Source of the DNA: Anthoceros angustus
Lineage: Eukaryota > Plantae > Anthocerotophyta
Length of the DNA stretch: 64,000 nucleotides
Assembly (NCBI GenBank): GCA_010909165.1
Contig: VJWM01000063.1
Coordinates: 1,054,001-1,118,000 of the forward strand
Direction of reading: 5' to 3'
The notes beneath the pieces were generated by a model, which saw nothing but the letters and a program-made list of their open reading frames with translations, did no database searches and was not told the DNA's origin. The position numbers and the translations under genes are program-made. Of the stretch, positions 25,660 through 39,812 are shown in pieces (position 1 is the first letter of the stretch; the number at the start of each line of letters is the position of its first letter).

Positions 25660-27661
25660 CTGCCGAATCCAAAGTTGATTTTGACGACGTCGACACGTGG
25701 AACCTCCCAGCCCCGACGGATGCGGAGTTGGAGCATTGCGTGCAGAATTGAATGAAATGGATGAAGAGCTATTTCTGTCGGATGAGGTGGGTTTTCACAG
25801 ACTCGCGTTAACGGCAAGTGATGCTGGCAAAGTGTACACACGTTCTGAAGTTTGCAAGCCGGATGAGTGGGCATGGTGGACAAACGGGTAACACAGGTGC
25901 ACCTGGCATGCTGGTAGGCGTTCAAGCTTGGAGACAAGGGGAGGCAACCTTTTGAGGGCCGGGCGGTGGCGGTCTTTGGAAGGAAAGTGGAAATCATGAA
26001 AGGGGTCGGGCCGGCGAGGGACGACGCAGACGATAGGCACTTGATCCGGAATGAGGCAAGCAATTTTGCGGGGGGTGGTGTTTTGACACGCCGACGCGAT
26101 GTATTCACACCAGCCGCCTTTGCCCCTTCCTACCGCCCACGCTCATGGAGAAGTAGCTGCGAACCCCACCTGCTCCAAAGCAGCCTCAAGGATGGCTTCC
26201 GCCCACAGTCGCCCCAAGCCTCCTAATCCTCCTACATGCTCATGGAGAAGTAGCTTCACTGCATCCCCACAAACAGTTCCAAAGAAATTTCCAAGGATGG
26301 CTTCCGCCAGAAGTCGCCCCAAGCGCCTCCTAATCCCTCCTACCGCTAATGCTCATGAGGAGTGGCTTGCAGATCCCCGACCTCCGCTCCAGCAGCCTCC
26401 AAGGTCTCGCACCCGAGCAATCACCCCAAAGCACCTCCCGAGCTCAGTCCGACCCCGCCGCACCCATCGTTGCTGGCGGAGCTCGTCACCGCAGCTCTAA
26501 ACACATCCTCTACCACCAATTAATCCCCGCACGGTGACGCAGAACTCACTCCGCCTCCTCGAGCACGGAAGGCAAGAGCACACGGAGCGAAGATGGTACC
26601 CGGATAGTCTGCCGCCTTGGACGCCAGCCTTCCTATATACTCCCATACCCTAACCTAACCCCGCGATGTATCCTAACCCCGCTATGTATGTACCTAACTG
26701 GTCGTGGTAATCACGGACGTAGCTCATCCTCACGGACTTCTTGCACCGCTTCGCCAAACAAGATCCATGCCAGCGATGCCCACCAAACTAAACCACCCGC
26801 CGGACCGCCGGACGACCACCCGCCGGACGGACCACTCACGGACCGCCTCGACGGACCACTGCCGGACCTCGCCACGGACCGCCCGACGGACCACCTGGCC
26901 GGACCGCCGGACGGACCACTGCCTGACCGCCGGACGGACCATCGGACCGCCGGACGGACCACTCCGGACCGCCGGACGGACCACTGACGCCTCGACGGAC
27001 CACCGGACCGCCGGACGGACCAATTGGCCTGACCGCCGGACGGACCACCTGCCGGACCTCGCCCGGACGGACCACTGGCCGACTCGCCCGGACGGACCAT
27101 CTGACCGCCTGACGGACCGAGGGTCTAGGATTGCATCAAAAATCCGTCAAAATGGCCTTATTGGCTAACTCCTCCCTATCCTCTTAAAAAAGAAGCAAAA
27201 GCAAAACAAGCCGCCAAGAGTACGGACATCGGATTTGGCACTCCACTCAGAATCCAAAGTTGATTTTGACGACGCCGATATCGCGGAACCTCCAGCCCCG
27301 ACGGATGCGGAGTTGGAGCATTGCGCGAGTAATTGAATGAAATGGATGAAGAGCTATCAGCCGGATGAGGTGGGTTTCCAGGACTGGCGTTAACTGCAAG
27401 TGATGCCGGCAAAGTGAAGACACGAAGTTTGCAAGCCGATGAGTGGGCATGGTGGACAAACGGGTAACACAGGTGCACCTGGCATGCTGGTAGGCGTTCA
27501 AGCTTGGAGACAAGGGGAGGCAACCTTTTGAGGGCCGGGCGGTGGCAGCGATTGCTGGAAGGGAAAGTGGAAATCATGAAAGGGGTCGGGTAAGCCGGCC
27601 GAGGCAGCGGACAGCGCCGGCAGACGCATAGGCACTTGATCTGGAATGAGGCAAGCAATTT

Positions 27662-28582
27662 TTGCAGGGGGGTGGTGTTTTGACACGCGACGATGACAGT
27701 GTGCAACGACTGGATGCTGCTAGCGCGGTGAGTGCGGTGGATAACGATGCACTGGTGAAAGCCTTGATAAACAAGAATGGGGTGAAATGGCTGAAGGAGG
27801 CCATGCAAAACCACATGAAACGGGGGGAAGGGACTCTGATGTTGTTCGGCGGGCTCAGCGAAGCAAGGCACAAAGATTTTTCGGTACTGGTAAGGATGAA
27901 GGTTGTGAATGAACTGGGGTACCTGACAAGATGGCGCGACATTCCGAAAGAGAAGAAGGCATGGTTAGTGAAATCAAGCATTCCTGCACACAGTGGTCCA
28001 CCCGATGAGCCGACACTGAGATGACGCAGCACGCAATTGTGTGGGAAGCAAGTGGCCAGGAGGAAATGGAACAAGGGAGGGGGAAGGGAGGGAGGACATG
28101 GGAAGAAGCCGAGCATGGTGGATGACAAAGAGTGGGAAGATGCCCTTGCATGGGCTCGGATGGAGCTCAAGAGGAACGGAAAGTTTGAGCCATCAAAGTA
28201 TGAAATTGCAGCAAAAGAGAGGCTAGCAAAAAACGGGGGGATGGGTCCAAACCCATGGGGAAAGGGAGGGCGTGCTGGTTGGGTAGTGAGGTTTGAGAAT
28301 CAGCATGGGCGGTTCCGAACGCAAGAAGAGGCAGAGTATGGGAGGTTGAAGAGGACGATTTCCATGCAGCCTCTGTGGGCGGTTCACGATAGTGGGGGTT
28401 CTGTGCCGGAGTTCCTACAGCGGGTAAGACAGGGATTGTATGACAAGACCCCAGAGGTTCAGGCTATTGCAAGGAGAACAAGGGAAATGACCATTAACGA
28501 CATTGAATTGGAGATCGATCATGATATGGTGGCCTTTCCGAGACGAACGAAGGAAGGGGTGGGAGGCAACGGTGGTGCATGA
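27662..28582 (+). pseudogene. CACTA second ORF (TnpA/Ptta-like), interrupted by a stop
   Basis: Lies downstream of TnpD on the same strand. The LTRWRDIPKEKK motif resembles the W..VP.E.K motif of TnpA-like proteins. Stop at 28024. Confidence 0.5.
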
Positions 28583-29405
28583 GGTGGTGACATGGATGTC
28601 GAGAGGCTATCAAGGAGGGCAGATGGCGCGGAAGGGAGCGTGGGAGGAACGAGGCCAGAGGGGGCGAGGCACAACGGGACTTTGAATGGGAGGAAAGGCG
28701 ATGATGACCAAGGGGCGGGGAAGTGGAGACAGGGGCCTAAGCACGGTCTTGAGGAAGCATGCAGGAGGGAGGCAGCGGAGGGGGTAACCGAATGATAGTG
28801 TGGACGATATTGTTGTGCCCGCGACATGTACACCATGATTGCCTAGGGTTGGTGGAAGCTGCATGGCTGGGAATGAGGTCAATAGAGGCAGAGCGACAAG
28901 GGCTGTGTCAGGTGGGCAGCAAGTAAATAATGGAAAAGAGGTGGAGGGGTGCCCGCGACCGCCAGGTGACGGCCATGTATGTGGAGTGGGGAGGCCGCCG
29001 GGGTTAGATGAGTGACGACGCCGATGGAGGGCAGGAAGAATGTGTGTGGAGGGCAGGAGTCGGGTGCTGGAGCACGGAGGGGGGCGAGTGTTCCGTCACC
29101 TGGAAGTAACACACTTGTGTGCACTATGGATAGCCAAAAAATCGAAGGGGGACTGGGAGGAGCGAGTGGCGGGTGGCGGAGGACAAGTGTGGGATCACCA
29201 GCAGACCATGGTCAAAGGGCAAAGCACAGAACGAACATGAGGCAGTTGTCGAGGGGGAGAGAGAATGATGGAGGACTAAGAGGGCAACATGCAGGTGCCG
29301 TTGATATTGGCAAAGGCCACTGCACAAATGGAGGCCGGGGGGGGGTGTGGAGTGATTTTCTAAACCAAGTGGTCACAAAGAGGCCACATTTACCCTCTTT
29401 ATCGT

Positions 29406-32400
29406 TGTAGACTTGAGATTCGTACCCAAGGGAGTGATTTCGTGTCAAGACAACCAAATCATAGCCAATCCAACCAAAACACGGACACCAAAACATCTAG
29501 CGATTCTGAGACGACTACTACCTAACAACACTCGGACACATGGCTATCTTAGCCACGATGATGCTACCACCCAGCAGACGGACCGGTTGCTAACTTAGCA
29601 ACCACCTCTATTTCTAGCAGAGGGGTCCACCTTGGGATCAGTCGGCTATTAATAGAAGGTGGGTCCCAGTCGGGATCCAAGTGGATAAGGCTGACCTCTC
29701 TCTCTCTCTCTCTCTTGCCCATCCACAAAGTTAGATCCACCAAACAGGGTTACTGCTCTCGCAACCCCCCCTCCTCTCACTCTTGTAGCACTTCTTCAGA
29801 CTTCCTTGTCTCCTCTCTAGCCTTTCAGCTCACCTTCCAAGCCCCATACCAACCTCTCCAGGTTCTCACCACACTCTCCAAGTTCCCCAGCAACTCTCTT
29901 CAACTCTCCTTGTTCTCACACCTCACTGGCCCATTCAATCTCCACTTCCGCTCCACACTTCCCAGTCCTTACAAGGTTCTCATCCAGACCTTACAGCCTT
30001 CACCAACTCTCAAAATACTTGTTCATCTCTCAATCATTCCGTCTCATCCACTCACGGATCTTCAACCTCCACTCACGCTCTCTTCTTCAACAACACAAAC
30101 ATCACTTACAGACTTCTCCAGCCTTCTTACTCCTCTCAAACAGCCAATCAGCAACTCTCCATGTCCCGGCATTCTCCACTTCTCTTACGGCTCACTTTTC
30201 CTCTCATTTTCCAACCCACAAGCCCAGGCCGACTCACTTGACTTCCTCCTTCCACACACGGCTCCCCGCCTTGTCTTCTCTCCACCTTGACACTCTGAAA
30301 ACTTAAACACAAGGTGAGTACTAGACAAGCTGCAGAGAATGAGTAAAGGAGGGACAGCCTCCCGCTTCGACCCCTTCCTCTTGACCTTGAGGACTCCCTC
30401 CAAGGAGATCAAGGCTCCCTTCCTTGCTTTCCACCACTCTTGCGGATCGGCCACACGGATCTTCAACCTCCACTCAGCCTCTCTTCAGAACACAAACATC
30501 ACTTACAGACTTCTCATTCTTACTCCTCTCAAACAGTCAATCAGCAACTCTCCATGCCCAGCATTCTCCACTTCTCTTACGGCTCACTTTTCCTCTCATT
30601 TTCCAAACCCACAGGCCCACAGGCCCTGACTCACTTCAGCTTCCTCTTCCACACACACCGGCTCCCCGCCTTGTCTTCTTTTCTCCCGCGACCTTCGACA
30701 CTCTGAAAAACTTAAACACAAGGTGAGTACTAGACAAACTGCAGAGAATGAGTAAAGGAGGGAGCCTCCCGGCTTCCCGACCCCTTCCTCTTGACCTTGA
30801 GGACTCCCTCCAAGGAGATCACAAGGCTCCCTTGCTTTCCACCACTCTTTGATCCGCCACACAGATCCGGGCAACTTGGTAGTCTTCTCACAGGCGGAGG
30901 CGTGCCTGGGCTTGACCTTTGGATCTGGAACCCTCCCAAACCCCGTGCTCACCCCAAACACCGAGACTTAGGCCAACATTGCTTACATTTCATCAGAGGG
31001 TGCCTCTTATACCCAAGATCACAAAAAAGCTTGCTTGCCAAAATACCAATCGGTCTTAGCCTACCAATCCTAGAGGCCTATCTATCAATTACATCCACTA
31101 TGAGAGAGGATAAGATTTACCTATAACACATGGGCCTTTAGCTATTTGAGGCCACTTACCCCTATTACCTCTCCCGGGCCTCCTAGGCCTAGCCCCATGT
31201 TCTCCTCTTGCTCTCCTCCCTCTTGGCTGGTTGGGCAATCTCTCCCATAAAATCTCTACCTCCTCGAGCTGGACTCCTCTCTCTCTTGTGCTCGCATGAG
31301 TACTCCTCCTCGGTGAGCTCTTGAATCTGGATGGGTCGGTGAGTTTCCTCCTTAAGAATCCAACCCATAGGTAGGATCCGGTGCCGTCAAGGCATGGATC
31401 AAGTACCTCCATGTCCCCCATGCCCACAACAACATAAACTTTCGGAGACAATCTTCTCTCCACCAAGGAGAATCCGGGCACATGGTTATCTTGATAAGCA
31501 TCCTCAATCTAATGCACCATTGGGAAGTTAGACTTCTTAGGCGGTGCTTACCCGCTCCCCACAGCTGTTGTCCTCCTCCCGGTCTTGTGCCCCTTCTTCC
31601 TTGTTGTAGCTGGTCTTGGAGCTGTTGCTCCCTTAGCAGTGCAGGTTGTTGCTTAGCGGCCCGGCGGTTGCTTGCTTAGCAACCTCCTCATTGCTAACTC
31701 GACCAGATTCTTCCATGGAGGCTCCGCATCTTCCACGGTGGCTCTCCTTGCAATCACAGCCCTCTTGGCCTCTTTCCACCTTTCCTTGCCTCGTCCTCTC
31801 CTTCTTGTGGCGCCCGGTAGTCCCGTTTCGGCTGAACTTGCATCGAGATGACGTGCGGCTCCCCTATGGTGCTTTGTGCGTCAGGCTGAACCATGAGGGT
31901 TTCGATCCTTGGTCTTCTGCAACTCTTCTCGGACCTTCCTTAATTCCGCTTCCATGCTACCTAGGCGTCCCTCCAAGACCTCCTTCTCCCGCTTCATTCC
32001 ACTGGAGCTCCTTGCCTCCTGTTGTTCCCCTGCTGCGCTGTAAACCTAACAAGAGAGGACCAGCTATCGGTCCTCCATCTCACCTAGTGCGTGCCATATG
32101 AGACCCGGTTCTTGTAGGGTGATGTTAGGCCCCAAACCCTCTTGGGGATGGGTTCCTCCTTCCTATCTGGCCCTCCTGCGACCACTTGGGGTATACTTGA
32201 GGTCACCCCTTGAGCAGTGGTGACTTTCTCGGGTCATCGGCCGTGCCCAAGGTTGGTGATTCCTCCTGTTGACTGTGGCTTCCCGCCCGCGGGCTCCTGT
32301 GAGCCAGTGCTGCCGGCCTTTCCTTTGTCACCTTACATCCGGGTGAGTTCCGGTCGTGCTCTTGTGGCTCTAGGAGTGGTTGGAGTCCCCTGTTGCCGAC

Positions 32401-34322
32401 CTCTCTTGGTGCTGTTGGTCTTAGCAACTCCGGTTGCTTTGTTAGCAACCATGATGCCTTAAGCGCCACATTCCTCTTCATGGACACTTGGACTTCTCAT
32501 CTTCACTCCCGGTGCCACGGAGATGGCCTCTTCCTCGACTCCTCTTTGGGCTTCCTTCTTTCAAACACGGCCTCCGGGCATGGAAGGTCGAGACCATCTC
32601 TATCCTCCGGCAACTTGGCATGGTCAAAACGTGGATTAAGAAGGGAGATAGGTGAGGGGCTGGGTGATGGTAGGGTCAAGTGGTCCCTCTCCACATCTGT
32701 GTCATAGAACATCCTAGCCCAATCTATCTTGGACCCTCTCACCACCTCATAGAAAGACAAGAAAATGGTCGACAATGTGCTCTAGCTTCTTAGTGAGAGC
32801 ACAGGATCCACTGGCTAATCCGGCCAGCTCGAGGTCTAACTTGTTGGTGACCCAGCCATTCTCCACCCTAGACAATGTGGGAGCAATGGCGACATGCCTC
32901 CTGCGACTTTTGGGAGATGGCTTACGAAAGGATCAATGATTATTCCACCACATTCCTCTTGAGGCCTCTCATGAGCCTGGAACAATGAATATTCCAGTGC
33001 GGGGTTGGTTCTCGTGTTGCCTTCCTGTGGCCTTCTCCCTCATGTGTCACGCATTCCAAACCAATTAAGGCTCTTGTAGCACCACTTTTGTCCATGAAGG
33101 ACAAGTGATGCTTAGCCACCAAAGACCCCCTTCACTCTCCGATTGCCCCATGTTGGGCCAATGGGCAGGTAATGGCCTCAATGGCCACCGGAGTGTCTTC
33201 TTAGGCCCCATGCTTCCTGTGACGCTTGCTTGAGTTTGAGCAAAGTGTCCCCGACACCGGCACGCTTGACTATCCGGTCACTTCCCCACCCAGCCTTTTT
33301 CCTATGTCCCGGCTCGGCCTCACCCCACAAATTGGAACCTGTCACATCCTTTGGTCATAGATCCCCGCTCAAGCGATCGCCTTCCTACCTCAAATATGTG
33401 AGGTGTGTATCCACACAACCACACGATTGATTGACCCCTTATCCCGCCCCGGCTTCTCTCACGACACAGCACCCTCGATTGATTATTCCGTCTCACCCAT
33501 CGTATTACTCACCTCCGGCCGACTACTCCATGCCCGGTGACCCCTTATGTGACCACGCCGCTCCTCGTTACAGAATCCCTTCCTCGCCTCTAGGGTGCGC
33601 GCCCGATCACTCGTGCCGCCTCACCCTACTTTCTCCATCTGGGCTTTCACAGCCCTTGCTGGCTCTATCCAGTCGCCGTGCTCCTTCCGGCCGATTACGC
33701 TGCCCGCTCTCCGAGGCTGCTGATTACTCCCCACCCGCTGTTGCGAATTCCGACGCCTCCTTGGTGCCGCTCCTTGAGCGCTCTCCGAGCCGTCATGCAG
33801 GTGGCTCCTCGGCTCCTTCTACGGCCTAATTTGGTGCCGCCGGCCTCCGATCTCTGCCCGGCTCAGCCACCGCATCCTCCCGGCGTGTTGCTCAACCATT
33901 CGGCCTTCGGCGTGCTTGATGCCTCGTGACTGGTGACGCCTTGTTCGGCGCCGTTGGTCACGCTCAGGAGTTGTGGCGCGCGTCTTGATTACTCTTTCAA
34001 ATTCCTCTCTTCTTGGACTTAATTGCTAATAGGACCCGTTACTTCCCGTTCGGGTATTTCCTGTGATTTTCAAATTAGGTTTTCCAAATTTATCGGAAAA
34101 TAACTCCGACTTGGTTGCTACCATAGCAGGCTCCAGTCGATTCTTTGTCATAGCAACAGTCCTGTAACGCCCCTAACAGCAGCGTTAACCGCCGGACCAA
34201 CCCTCAAGGTTACATCCGGGATCGGGACTAGACTCTCTTCCTCCTACTAGGCTCTAGTAGACTTTTCTTATTTCCTAACCTACTTCACATTCCAACTCCA
34301 CACGATTCTCACAACTTAAACA
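29406..34322. mobile_element. Probable retroelement-derived insertion with a degenerate minus-strand ORF
   Basis: Abrupt switch to pyrimidine-rich sequence beginning TGTAGACTTGAGATTCGT, with a weak inverted match ACGATTCTCA near 34302. The minus strand encodes VENGWVT...STIFLSFYEVVRGSKIDWARMFYD. No TSD found and boundaries are uncertain. Confidence 0.4.
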
Positions 34323-35301
34323 CAAAACAAAAAAACACTCCTTTTAGAAGTGCAGTACCCATGTGGTCTGCAGGGGGCAGGATATCGGGGGCGTTGCGAG
34401 AGAACATGGGCCGAGGAAGAGGCGGGTCTTTGAAGTGGGCCAGATCGAGCAGGAGGCGGAAGTTTCCTATAGATGCATACGATGACGAGTAGGAAGTGCC
34501 TTAAAGGGAGACAGAAAAGCATACGCCGGGTCATACCAAATCGCCTCCGCATAGCACAATCTCGTAGGGCCATAACCTCACAGTGATGCGTCACAACAAG
34601 GTGAAAGGTGAGGACCGTATCTTCGTGGGCGCCACGGCAGGAAGCCGATGGCTATTGGTGACGTGGGAAGGACAAATCGCATGCCGGTATGCTACAAAGT
34701 AGGGGTATAAAGGGCGTTGACATTTACACAAATAGTAAATACAAAGTATCGTATCATGAATATGTACAGACCAGTGTACATACGTAACACGTGTGATATA
34801 CAAACTTCTTTTATTTGAAATTGAATACGACCGTATAGCACTTAAAATAATATAGTACATTTATCACCGTAGATGATATGCGTATAGTATGAGGATGTAT
34901 TGATATAGGTATTTATATGTGGTCGTATTGATGGGCGTATCAGTGAACTACCAAGTAAAACGTGGTATTCTATAGGGCAAAAGTAAAAGGGCAATGGTGG
35001 ATGGGGAGGAGGTTCGGTACCAAGCCTACAAAAGTGTTACAAGACCTCTCTTATAACACTTTAGATGTTGCAATCATGTTGCAATCTTCAGAGAGGGCAA
35101 AAGCACCTCTCCCTTCATCTCAACATAATTGCAACACCATTGCAACATGATTGCAACAACAGTCGTGGTCTGGTTTCCAAGCCAAAGTATAACAAGGGGC
35201 CCAAAAAGTGTTACATGGCCCCAAAATTACAACATGAGTGTAACATCCAGGGCTCCAAATCTTAACTTAAAGTGTAACATAGGCTGCCCTTTCTAGTAGG
35301 G

Positions 35302-37189
35302 ACCGAAGAATCTCAACATCTTGAGGACATACCGGACGACCCCTATGAGTTTGTTTTCCGATGAACCTGATCCTCCTCAGTATGATGAAGAACCTGATTC
35401 ACCTACTCAAGGATCACCTCAAGACGTGAACGACGTGGAAGATGCACAACCTGCTCCAAGGTACAACCTGCGAACATGATCTACTATTTTAGGCCCTGCA
35501 GGATAAAAACAATCTCCATTAGGATACATTGCTCCTTTAGATGATCACATTCCCCATGAGTCACCTTATCTTCAAGCTGTATATAATGTCACGTAAGAGG
35601 CTCTTCAGGATCAGCTGTGCACAGCCGATCCTGAAGAGCCTCTTACTTTAAAACAAGCCTTCACTTCACCTGAAATGGACTTGTGGAAAGTAGCTGTAGA
35701 TTCCGAGTACAATTCCTTAGTTAAAAATTCAACATGGGAATTAGTCAGACCACCCAAGAGTAGGAAGATTGTGACAAGTAAGTGGGTATTCAAGATCAAA
35801 AGAAAGGGGGATGGTTCTATTGAGCGCTACAAAGCACGTCTAGTGGCTAGAGGGTTTACTCAAATTCCAGGTCTAGATTATTTACCCTATGCCACATATG
35901 CTCCCGTAGCTAAGTTTGCCTCCCGTAGAATGGTTTTCGCCTTAATCGCTCAACATGATTTCCATCTTCATATGATGGATGTAAAGACAACTTATTTCTA
36001 TGGACGTCTTCAAGAAGAAATCTATATGAGACAACTAGAGGATTATGAAGTTAAGGGCAAGGAGGAATGGGTATGCAAACTTATTAAATGCATCTATGGC
36101 CTGAAACAATTAGGCAAGAAGTGGAATGTCACAATACATGTTAAGCTAGTCAAAAGAGGCTTCAGACGAAGCAAGGCAGATGCTAGCATGTATATCTTAA
36201 TATTAGGAAATGATATACTTTATCTCCTACTCTATGTTGATGACCTAATTATGGCTTCATCATCAGCATCTCTCCTAGCCGAAATTAAGGTTTGGTGAAG
36301 AGGTCATTTTGAGATGACTGATCTTGGAGAGATGACATATGCACTTGGTGTTAATATTATTAGAGATAGGATTAATAAAACCTTGAGTATAGTTCAGACC
36401 AAATATATCAAGAAGTTAGTTAAATTTGGACTTCAGTATGCAAAGCCTGCCCCTACCCCTTTAAGTAGTGGCATTCGACTTACCTCAGACATGAATCCGA
36501 AGACTGAAGCGGACAACTTGGAGATGTCAACAGTTCCTTATAGACATGCAGTCGGCACTCTTATATATTTAAGCAACTTCACAAGACCAGATATATCCTT
36601 TGAAGTCAGCGCCTGCTCACAATTCCTGAAGAACCTTGGACATGAGCATTGGACATTAAGTAAGCGCATATTCAGATACCTCGAGGGTACTATGCACACT
36701 GGACTGGTGTACAGGCACACACCCGACATCAACAAGTTGATTTTAACAGCTATGCCGACGCTGATTAGGCTTGTGATCCCGACACAAGAAAACAACCAAC
36801 CATTGCCTTGTCAAGTACTAAATTAGAATATAGAGTACTAATTTCAGTTGCTAAGGATATTGTTGGAGTGGGTTAGCTTTGGAAGAGCTTAAGCATCCGC
36901 AAAACCACTATTGAGTGATAGTCAGGGAGCAATAGCATTAGCTAGAAACCCAGTTTTTCACTCAAGACCTAAGCACATAGCAGTTGAGTATCATTACATA
37001 CGAGAACTTTTAGAAAATAAGACTATATACATCAATTACATACAGACCTAAGATAATCCGGCTGATTTATTAACAAAATCCCTTGGTCAGGACTTACACA
37101 ACAAGCATATGAAAATTCTTGGTCGGGACTTACACAACAAGCATATGAAAGTCCTAGGAATTTTAGACGTGAAGTCAAAACCTCCTTAA
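35302..37189 (+). pseudogene. Ty1/copia reverse transcriptase and RNase H (pol, 3' part)
   Basis: WKVAVDSEYNSLVKNSTWELV, RYKARLVARGFTQ, LYVDDL, MTDLGE, TRPDI, SDSQGAIALARNPVFHSRPKHI, DNPADLLTKSL. Contains stops and frameshifts. Confidence 0.95.
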
Positions 37190-37417
37190 GTTAGCATTTA
37201 AGCACTAGGAGTTTATGGGCGGAGTTAAGTTAATTTACTATCTTAGCCCTTATTTTTGTCTACTGAGTCTTCTTCTTCTTCTTCTATTTCAAGTTCATCT
37301 TCGTAAAAAGAAAACTTTTCCATGTCCAATGCCCATGTGGATCTTGAGAGATAATCATTCAAAAAGGGGGAATAATATTTAATAATAACCAGGTCAGTTA
37401 TTACATAGTTAATCTAA

Positions 37418-38662
37418 CCTAGTAGTGGCATTCAAGGCACTTATTGTACATATGTTTGGTGTGTCGAATGTACTCATTACAGGGCTCACAGCCTATCCAG
37501 ACCATATGAATACTGGTTTTCCGATATAGCTTTCAGGCACATGTGAGTCTCCTTTTTCTCCTGGACATATTAGATATGTCACATTAGTTATCTCATCTGT
37601 AGGCAAGAATTGCTTAGGGACTACATATCCTCCTTCCTTAGGGATCATGTGGGGAGCAGAGATCCTTAGTGTAGAGGTTCCTACACACTTGTTAGTTCCT
37701 GCAAATGACAGACTTAATGGGTTAGCTTAGAGTTAAAAAACAATGAGAGTATGGTTAGCAGTTCAGTAAGCAACTTACCAGTTGTAGTATCCTCCTTATG
37801 CATTTCCAATTTTTCTTTGTTATCCTGTTGCGTCTCTGGGAAAAACCCTGGCCATTCATGTCACATATCTGTCACATGGCCACAACTTGTTAGTTTGTCA
37901 TGTCCTAGTCATCATCTGCCTCATTATGGACCACATAACAAAAATAAACATACCATTTACTAGCTTCTATAGTTTCCTAGTAGCAAATGGGTCATCATCT
38001 TTATCTGTCCTCAGACATCTCTCTCTCCAGCTTGGGCTTCCATCACTAATCTCTTCAGTGTCAGAGGCAGGGTGAGGGATAACTATTCTATGGTGGTGAC
38101 GTCTTCCAGGAACAGCTGACTCCATGGCACCTGTAAGGTGAGCAATGACAAAGTAAGAATGGAGGTTATACATACTTTATGGGTTACAATGGTTGGCTTA
38201 CAGGCCCTGGAGATCTTACTCTCATTCTCAGCTGCTAGTGTATCTTCTGTGTCTTCATCGAATGCATTATAGCTGATTGCTTCTTCAGATGACGAGGATA
38301 ACTCCACCACTGTAGGAAAATGGACACTTTGGCTGGACACAGAGTGCTGTTGAGACATTGCCATATACTGAGCAAGGGGCCTTCTTTGGTTTTCAGCAGC
38401 TAAAGTTAATGTCTGCAGGCTCCTCATAGCCCCAGAGGCGGCAAACCTGGACATTTCCATCTCTTCATCATCACTGGACAAAGAGTTCTTAGTTGCTGAT
38501 GTTATTTCATCTTGAGTGGACGTTCTTACTGCAGGGGCTGCAAGCCTATTGTACATTGATGCCTCCTCCACTTCCGAGGTCACTGTCACAGCACCAGCCA
38601 CAGCATGAGATGCGGGCGCCTGTCCCTCTTCAATAGATCCTGCATCAGTGGACGGCATGGCC
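37418..38662 (-). pseudogene. Multi-exon pseudogene with a Cys-rich PHD-like tail
   Basis: GT-AG bounded segments, an acidic/Ser-rich exon at 38662-~38175, in-frame stops, and a terminal MVWIGCEPCNEYIRH...KCLEC. Confidence 0.4.
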
Positions 38663-38676
38663 TGCAGGTGCACCAA

Positions 38677-39430
38677 CACTATAAGAATCGCAGGTGTTTT
38701 ACAACGTATTTTACAACGTAATTTACAACCTCACGCTGTAAAAACAGGCATTTACACGTTTGTAAACTGACAACTTAACTAGGTTGTAAAATTGCTGACA
38801 TGGCAGGCAAGATTGCCACATCATCAAGTTGCTGACGTGGCCGCCACGTCAGCTAACCAGATGGGTAAGGTGTCCAGGTAGCCGGTTTACAATGCCATTT
38901 ACAACGTTGGGCTCGTTTACAACCGAAATGACAACGCCATTTACAACGTGATTGCCTTGTAATCTACGTTGTAAAGTAGGTTGTTAATAGGAGGTTGTAG
39001 TCTGACATTTTAACTAGGCTGTAAAGTGGGTCTATTTACAACGTATTTTACAATATATGTTACAACCTTCATTCACCCTTATTTTACAACCTTCATACAC
39101 CCTTACTTTACAACCTTCATACACCCTTACTTTATAACCTTCATACACCCTTACTTTACAACCTAGAGTACAACTTTAATTGCAATGCCGTTTGCAACGC
39201 CGTTTCCAACCTCATTTACAACCTGATTTACAACCTAAAAAATTCGCGAATCGCTAGGTTTACAACACAATCTACATGGTAAATTACAACTTGGAAAATT
39301 CACGTCTCAATGATTTACAACGTTGTTTATGTTGGCAGTGGGTTAGTAATCTACATGGTAAATTACAACTTGGAAAATTCACGTCTCAATGATTTACAAC
39401 GTTGTTTATGTTGGCAGTGGGTTAGTTTGG
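38677..39430 (+). mobile_element. Left end of a second CACTA element (truncated)
   Basis: Starts CACTATAAGAA and is followed by many TTTACAAC / GTTGTAAA subterminal repeats in both orientations. No matching TAGTG end seen. Confidence 0.75.
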
Positions 39431-39812
39431 ATGTTAGGCACGTCTGCAATTTGGATACATTTGACACATACTTGCAAGCAACGCTAAGGTCATCAAGAGA
39501 CCCAAGCCGGAACACTAGCAATTTGAATTCTTTTGACACATACTTACAAGCAAGAAACCCAAGCCGTGATATTCACAATTTGGATTCTTTTGACACATAC
39601 TTACCAGCAAGAGACCCGAGCCTGGACATTCGTAATTTGATTCTTTTGACACATACTTACAAGCAAGCGCATCATTAGAGTGAGCGCATCAAGAGATCCT
39701 AGCTCGGCCACTTAGTTCGAGAGGTAGAAGAAGTTTGTAATGAGTCATAAACGTTATGTATATTGAAATCAATAATCTAATGACCCATTAGAGAGTCAAT
39801 AAATAGACCAAA

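Larger units (their letters stand above)
3181..35301 (+). mobile_element. Large CACTA (En/Spm) element with nested insertions, interrupting the copia pol
   Basis: TTGCAAC/TGTTAC-rich subterminal sequence at 3270-3407, 14760-15440 and 35030-35290. Internal TnpD- and TnpA-like ORFs. Right end CTAGTAGGG (35293-35301) is one mismatch from ...TAGTAGTG. Left terminus and 3-bp TSD are not resolved. Confidence 0.65.

Noticed and set aside
37190-37420. 3' LTR of the copia element
   Set aside because: The purine run AAAAAGGGGGAA (~37361) is not followed by sequence matching 1305-1528.
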